Assembly: GCF_009834535.1 (NCBI RefSeq) | Contig: NC_045697.1 | Span: 32,614,001-32,678,000, forward strand | Length of the DNA stretch: 64,000 nucleotides | Source of the DNA: Camelus ferus | Taxonomy: Eukaryota | Direction: 5' to 3' | In this document: positions 63,231 through 64,000 of the stretch, in pieces | Layout of the letters: each line of letters begins with the position of its first letter | How positions within the stretch are numbered: position 1 is the first letter of the stretch | Translations under genes and position numbers: made by a program | The notes under the pieces: generated by a model | Databases searched by the model: none | Seen by the model: only the letters and a program-made list of their open reading frames with translations | What the model was told of the DNA's origin: nothing

Positions 63231-64000
63231 ACATGAAAAAATGCTCAATATTGCTAATTAATTACCACAGAAATGCATATCAAAAGTACAATGAGGTTTC
63301 ATCGCACACTGGTCAGAATGGCCATCATTAAAAAGTCCACAGATGATTAATTCTGGAAAGGATGTGGAAGAAAGGGAACCCTCCTATACTGTTGGTAGGA
63401 ATGCAATTTGGTGCAGCCAGTGTGCAAAATAGTATAAAGATTTCTTAAAAAAACTAAAACTAGCCTTACTATATGATCCAGCAATCCCATCCATGGGCAT
63501 ATATCTGATGAAAGCTCTAACCTCAAAGTTCATAGCAGCACTATTTACAACAGCCAAGACATGGAAATAACCTAAATGTCCACTGATAAGATAACTGGAT
63601 ATAGAAGTCGTGGCACATATACACAACGAATACCACTCAGCCATAAAAAAGAATGAAATGCCATTTGCAGCAACATGGCTGGATCTGGAGACTGTCATAC
63701 TAAATGAAGATATCCAGAAAGAGAAAGACACATATCAAGTGATATAACTAATATGTGGAATATAAGAAATGATACAGATGAACTTATTTACAAAACAGAA
63801 ACAGACTCAAAGGCACAAAACAATTTATGGTTACCAAAGGGGAAAGGTGAGGGAGGGGTAAATTAGGAGTTTGGGATTAGCACATACAAACTACTGTATA
63901 TAAAACAGATAAACAACAAGGTCCTAGTGTATAACACAAGAGACCATATTCAATATTTTGTAATAACCTATAATGAAAAATAATATATACATGTATAACT
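63231..64000 (+). mobile_element. L1_Art-like 3' end, running off the window
   Basis: ACATGAAAAAATGCTCAA, GCCATTTGCAGCAACATGG, and 3' UTR TAAATTAGGAGTTTGGGATTAGC...CAACAAGGTCCTA. Confidence 0.9.

Noticed and set aside
1..64000. CRISPR arrays, prokaryotic operons, tRNA/rRNA genes, non-retroviral endogenous viral elements
   Set aside because: The sequence is mammalian; I saw no repeat-spacer array, structural RNA gene or recognisable non-retroviral protein motif by eye, although a profile search could find decayed ones.

Overview
AT-rich mammalian genomic DNA, intergenic or deep intronic, with no host protein-coding gene that I can recognise. About half of the window is transposable-element debris: many LINE-1 (L1) copies of different ages, L2 and MIR relics, MaLR (MLT1-type) and MER31-like LTRs, and an internally deleted ERV-L provirus. 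The L1 3' UTRs include an L1_Art-like (artiodactyl) type and a younger lineage-specific type. I see no Alu, B1, Bov-tA, PRE1 or Can-SINE, which points to a camelid-like artiodactyl (inference). The ORFs in the track that resemble real proteins are L1 ORF1/ORF2 or ERV-L protease remnants. The most notable structure is a 3.05-kb TSD-flanked element at 39045-42097 (-). It has a complete CpG-rich 5' UTR and ORF1 but lacks almost all of ORF2, a HAL1 ('half-L1')-like architecture. It lies inside a nested L1 cluster (34-47.4 kb) that also holds a 5'-inverted (twin-primed) L1. Family names come from recalled consensus motifs, not a database search, and boundaries of old elements are approximate. I found no convincing evidence of a wholly new biological system.
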